Assembly (NCBI GenBank): GCA_004764695.1
Contig: SMSO01000031.1
Location: forward strand, 2,828,436 to 2,892,435
Origin: Schizochytrium sp. TIO01
Taxonomy: Eukaryota > Protista > Bigyra: Labyrinthulomycetes
DNA: 64,000 bases
Reading direction: 5' to 3'
Part shown: positions 59,399-64,000 of the stretch, in pieces
Layout: every line of letters begins with the position of its first letter
How positions within the stretch are numbered: the first letter of the stretch is position 1
The notes under the pieces: generated by a model
The model's input: only the letters and a program-made list of their open reading frames with translations
Database searches by the model: none
What the model was told of the DNA's origin: nothing
Position numbers and translations under genes: made by a program

Positions 59399-60739
59399 TT
59401 CTGCACTGCGCCCAATCCAGAGTTTAGACTCGCATCGAGCAAATTCCCAGCGCAGCTGCGGCGAACGTCGCTGAGGAGCACCTCGAAAGCCGGGATCCGA
59501 GCGGATGTTGATGGCGGAGTGCGCGGGCGAGCAGGCTTGCTTGGGCTGCGGGTCCCGGATTCAAAGTGAGCCCTGGGACTCAAGCTTCTTTCCACCCATC
59601 TCGTACAACACAGAAGAGGTCATCTCACATCGCGAAGCTGCGCAGGATGGGAGGGAGGACGAAGCATCGCAAGGAGAGATACCGCCTCTTCTTCTTCTTC
59701 GTCGTCGTCGTCGTCAGGTTTCACGGCTTCTCGTGCTCCGCGTGGCATGTCATTGATTGATCGGTTCATTCAGGAGTAAGCGAATTGATCGGCGATGGAT
59801 TGCACTGTCTGCGGCTCGAGCTACTTGTACACGGAGTCGATGAAACGCGGAGCATGTTTGGTATTCTCTTGTCATTCGTCGCAATGGCTTTCATAAGGTG
59901 GGATGCTTGTTGATCTCGAGGGAGTCGAAATGCGGGACATGAATAACTAACCGCTGAGGGCTCAACGAAAGCCTGGCTCACATCCATGAACCAAGAAGGC
60001 CAGGAAGGTCAAAGAGACCAAGTCGGCGAATGGGCATGCAATCAGAGAGCTCTCCTGTCAAATCCAGTTCGTCCATTCATGTTGACTCACCATGCGAATC
60101 GCACCGAGCCCACGAGAGTCTGTGTGTCTGTCTGTCTGTCTGATTGACTAACTCACTGCCTGGCTGTCTCTCTCGGAATCCAAAACGACCAGCACATGGA
60201 ATCACTGCACATGCATGCTTGCTGGCGAGAGACGTCTTGGCTCATTGCATGCGCACTTGGATTGAGCAATCTAGCGCGATCATGAGGAATTCTTGATTGC
60301 AGGGATCCGTTTCCAAAAATGGATGCGTTGAAAATGGACTCTCTTGCGAGACCATCCAACAATATCCTGCAAGCCCACAGTGTTTAATTTTTATTTTTTT
60401 GTTTATTTATCCTTTTTTAATTTTAAAAAAGTAATTAAAAAACAAAAAAAAGTGAAAAAGAGAGTCTCCTAAAAATGCGTTACGCAAAGTCAACTTCAGG
60501 GTCCCATAGTTATACTGGGTAGGGTTGTATGTATCATTCTATGGTTTCTACAATATACAACAGGCCTAGCTAGTAAGTACATACGTATCTAGCTTGTAGG
60601 GGGGTTCTCCATAGAAGGCGCTAGTCCTAATACTAGCGATGTGATCAATGGGAGTGCAACCAGTGCTTGGTGCTTCAAGAGTGTCTCTTGCCCTTGAACG
60701 AACCCATTGGCAATTGCACGGTTGTGAGCTATAGAAATC

Positions 60740-61249
60740 ATGGCGGAGGATCGTCGGCGTCGATGGATGCTTGAGGCTCTTGCTGAGGGTGAGGCTGCCC
60801 TGGCAAGACGCGAAGTACCGATTGGCTGTGTATTTGTTGTCACAAACGAGGACGGCAACGAGGAGATCATCACCGCTGGTGGCAACGAAACCAATGAGCT
60901 AGCGAATGCTACCCGCCATGCGGAGGTAGTAGCAATTGACCGGCTATTCGAGAAGGTCGGATCCAAAGCCAAGGATATCCTATCTCAATCAGAGCTCTTT
61001 GTCACCTGCGAACCTTGCATTATGTGCGCTGCGGCTATTCAAGAGGTGGGTGTGAGTAAAGTGACATTTGGATGCGGAAATGATAAATTTGGAGGTTGTG
61101 GCTCAGTCCTTAGTGTTGACCCCACAATCGAATGCCACACAGGAATTATGGCCGACGAGGCAGTAGCTCTCTTACAGAAATTCTACCAACGCGAAAACCC
61201 ACAATCTAAGGATACCTTGGTCGCAAAATTTGGCCTCGAGGATTCCTAA
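60740..61249 (+). CDS. ADAT2: tRNA-specific adenosine-34 deaminase catalytic subunit TAD2/ADAT2
   Basis: EVPIGCV, NATRHAE, TCEPCIMC, GCGNDKFGGCGSV and FYQRENP motifs. Confidence 0.93.
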   Translation: MAEDRRRRWMLEALAEGEAALARREVPIGCVFVVTNEDGNEEIITAGGNETNELANATRHAEVVAIDRLFEKVGSKAKDILSQSELFVTCEPCIMCAAAIQEVGVSKVTFGCGNDKFGGCGSVLSVDPTIECHTGIMADEAVALLQKFYQRENPQSKDTLVAKFGLEDS

Positions 61250-61763
61250 ACTGCCTTAACATAGCCAGTATTGTGTAGGTGAATCCTGCAACAATCATAT
61301 TCAACTCAAATCAGTGGAAAATCCCTGTGAGTTTTCTCTGATGATATTGAATTCATTGGTACCTTTTCTCCATATAATCTGTGTATACTGTTCGACCTTT
61401 GCACGTTGTCACCTCAAAAGCTCAATGCTGAAAACTTGCTGAGAGATGGGTAGCTGCAACTACATAACAAAAGAATTGGATTTTGAGAAGACAGTGCAAA
61501 TTAAAGGGAGACAGAGGTGGAAAGTACTTATTTCTGCATTGAAAGAGATCTTTTGGTGGAATCTCGCCCTCTGCAAACTATTGAAAGGAATGGAAACAGT
61601 GCGTGCATAAAAATGAAAGTTTAGCTAAGTCTTAAAAGCTGCCTTGGTTGCTCCGAAGGCGACATATTCATTTTGCCGCCAGGTGCATAAGCAGTAGTTT
61701 TGTCAAGTGTTGTTCATAAAATCATTTTGTATTTGTGTCAGAGTTAGATTTGACAAGGGTTGT

Positions 61764-63512
61764 TCATGCATCACTCAAGTCAAGCTTAGGCGGTGACCTG
61801 GTGGAGAATCGTCGCGGTTTAAGCGTACGCCCACCTTGTGACAATTTCCGATGTGTGATTCGGCGCTTAGTTGATGATGACGCTTGCACTACCTTCTCAT
61901 CATCACGCATAGGTGTTACATTTGCCGTTTCTGCCTTTGAGCTTTTCTTGCTAATCAGGAATGGTGACAGGGTGTTCGCTTTTTTCTTCTTTTCTTGTTT
62001 GTTTGAAGCCTCGGATAACTTCAAGAAAGCCAGCTCGTCTGTAATGGTTTCTTCACCTGCCTCTGCAGAGGTTTGACCCCCGAAGATAACCAAGGCATCT
62101 GAATTGGCATCAATAGCTGCGCCATGACCACTTGTTTTGTGCATTTTTTCCAGATGAGCTGGCCGAGTCATGTGTGTCTCATCAATATCAAGCAGGAAGA
62201 CATCGTCGTACACCTCTTCCTTTGCAGTGTCCCAACCTCCTGTAATATACAGCTTTGCACCAGAGTTTGGCTTGGACAATGCCACATGACCGCACCGTGG
62301 GCGAAAGTACGTGCCTGTAATAACCACAGAGGACCAAGTCAGTGTACCCGAAACCTCCTCACTAAGTACATGCACGTCATCTAGCATATTGCTTTCGCCA
62401 TAGCGGCCGCCCATGACAACCATGCGATGGTTGCCTGCGGCAGCAGCAGCATGAAACACGCGCGCACGGGGCTTTGTCCCAGCGGGTTCTGGCCGCGTCC
62501 AGCGCCAAGTTTTCGTGTTGAGCATGTACAAGTCATTCATTTCACGACGCCCAGATTTACCACCAAAAATAAACAGCCGTTCTCCTTTGCCCAAAGCACA
62601 AGCGGAGTGACCCATCCGTGCAGTCGGTCCAAGACCGCTGGTTGTCAAAGGGTACCACAGCCCAATATCGCAATCAAAGACATTGCATGCATCTGTTTCG
62701 CCATCCTCCGTGAGGCCTCCAAAAACCAGCACATGACCAGTGTCCGGCAAAAAAGTGGCCGTGTGCCAAGCCGTGGGGGCGCCCTCGCATCCAGCAGGAG
62801 TGCTCCAGCTTCCACCTTCGCTTCCATTGCTGTTAATTGTGTAAATATGGACATCGCCTAAAAGATCTGCATGATGTTTAGATTCACCACCATAGAGCAA
62901 GAGCTTTCCGGGCTGAGTTGCTGTGAAACTCGCGCCCCAACGAGGTACAGGGCAAAACTCTTGTGCACTGATCCGTGCAACGGCGCTGCAACGAGAACTT
63001 TTGACCGGTGAACCATACGTGAGAATTGGCGATGAGAGACCTCCGACTTTTGTAGTGCGCTCTGAGTGAACTGCACTATGCTCATCATCTGAGCTTTGCG
63101 CACCGTCGTCGCTTTCATCCTGGGGCTGTGACTTTTGGCTCTTTTTCGCAGGCGATCGCTGCGGACTTGCCATGAGTTTGTTGCGATGCCTGGACATTGG
63201 CGACAGCCTGACACCAGCAGGAAGGATCAAATGTCCTGTGAACGAATTAAGATCAATTCGGACACTCCCGTCCTCCATCGTCTGACTTGCTACTGGTACT
63301 ATGCCTTCCTCGTCCATCATAGTTGTAGCAACATCATCGTTAGACGGTACCAACTCTACTTGTAATGGAGAGCTGTTCGCATGGTTGGCTTGGGGAGCAT
63401 ATTTATCAAGAATCTTTGCTAGTTCGTCATCCTCGTCGCCCAAAATCACATCGCGAAGGCTCAGTTGCGGCTTGTCCTCCGACTGCGTTCGATGCTCTCG
63501 CTTTGGTGCCAT
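61764..63512 (-). CDS. Kelch-repeat beta-propeller protein
   Basis: About six repeats of P.PR.GH…(L/F)(F/Y)GG…D…W, with disordered basic termini. Confidence 0.88.
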   Translation of the reverse strand: MAPKREHRTQSEDKPQLSLRDVILGDEDDELAKILDKYAPQANHANSSPLQVELVPSNDDVATTMMDEEGIVPVASQTMEDGSVRIDLNSFTGHLILPAGVRLSPMSRHRNKLMASPQRSPAKKSQKSQPQDESDDGAQSSDDEHSAVHSERTTKVGGLSSPILTYGSPVKSSRCSAVARISAQEFCPVPRWGASFTATQPGKLLLYGGESKHHADLLGDVHIYTINSNGSEGGSWSTPAGCEGAPTAWHTATFLPDTGHVLVFGGLTEDGETDACNVFDCDIGLWYPLTTSGLGPTARMGHSACALGKGERLFIFGGKSGRREMNDLYMLNTKTWRWTRPEPAGTKPRARVFHAAAAAGNHRMVVMGGRYGESNMLDDVHVLSEEVSGTLTWSSVVITGTYFRPRCGHVALSKPNSGAKLYITGGWDTAKEEVYDDVFLLDIDETHMTRPAHLEKMHKTSGHGAAIDANSDALVIFGGQTSAEAGEETITDELAFLKLSEASNKQEKKKKANTLSPFLISKKSSKAETANVTPMRDDEKVVQASSSTKRRITHRKLSQGGRTLKPRRFSTRSPPKLDLSDA

Positions 63513-64000
63513 GCCTGCTTCAAGCTGCCGAAAAAAGACTAAGTTACAACGAACTTGTGTCCTCTACAAAGCCAAGCTGCCGGTAGTTCAGGGTTTGTGC
63601 AGGTCGTTGACTGCTCTCAACGTCAACTTTAATTGAGGATCTCCACTTCACACGTGTCTCGTTCCTTCAGATGAAGTAGTTTTGGTTCGCGTTCTGCAGT
63701 CAACAAGAGCCCTGCTTTACCTAACTACAGCACTTCCTACCCAGCGCTAACTACTTCTACCAATATTTTCCCTCCCTCCGAGCTCAACCACAAAGCAGAA
63801 GAAGGCCAAGGGAAAAAAAGAAACACTATCACCCTCTCTCTCTATTCTATTACGACCAGTGAGAGTGGAACGTTCTGAAACGCTGTTCTATGTTCTATTG
63901 CTGAGGGACCTTAGTTCGTTCGAGAGGTAGATAAATCATTTGTGTGAAGATCTCGCTGGTAGAACCCTTGCTCTGATACTGAGCTGTGCCCGAGATTTCA

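Noticed and set aside
49808-60362. Many 60-195 aa ORFs in the gene desert
   Set aside because: Low-complexity, microsatellite-derived translations with no domain motifs and no consistent strand.

Overview
Eukaryotic nuclear DNA with mid GC, almost no introns, and poly(A/T) tracts and microsatellites between genes. Gene style and content suggest a stramenopile protist, probably a thraustochytrid (inference). Supported genes in order: VPS13B-like (3' part), DHCR24, RNase T2, RpiA, ZNF593/Bud20, a GRAM-domain protein, a three-domain fusion (BtuF/TroA-type binding protein + Cys-rich DUF5522-like + bacterial-type Dph6-like PP-loop ATPase), a 2-TM HAMP class III cyclase with a guanylyl-cyclase-like E/G signature, three members of an unrecognised C2H2-finger family in an AT-rich island (two are a convergent inverted duplicate, one frameshifted), aminoacylase-1, a 3-exon LSM3 missed by the ORF track, SF3B1 (split reading frame), syntaxin-6, a CudA/STAT-like transcription factor followed by a ~10.8 kb gene desert, TAD2/ADAT2 and a kelch protein. 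The best candidates for new biology are the fusion protein (possible cobalamin binding/repair module), the orphan zinc-finger family island and the putative receptor guanylyl cyclase.
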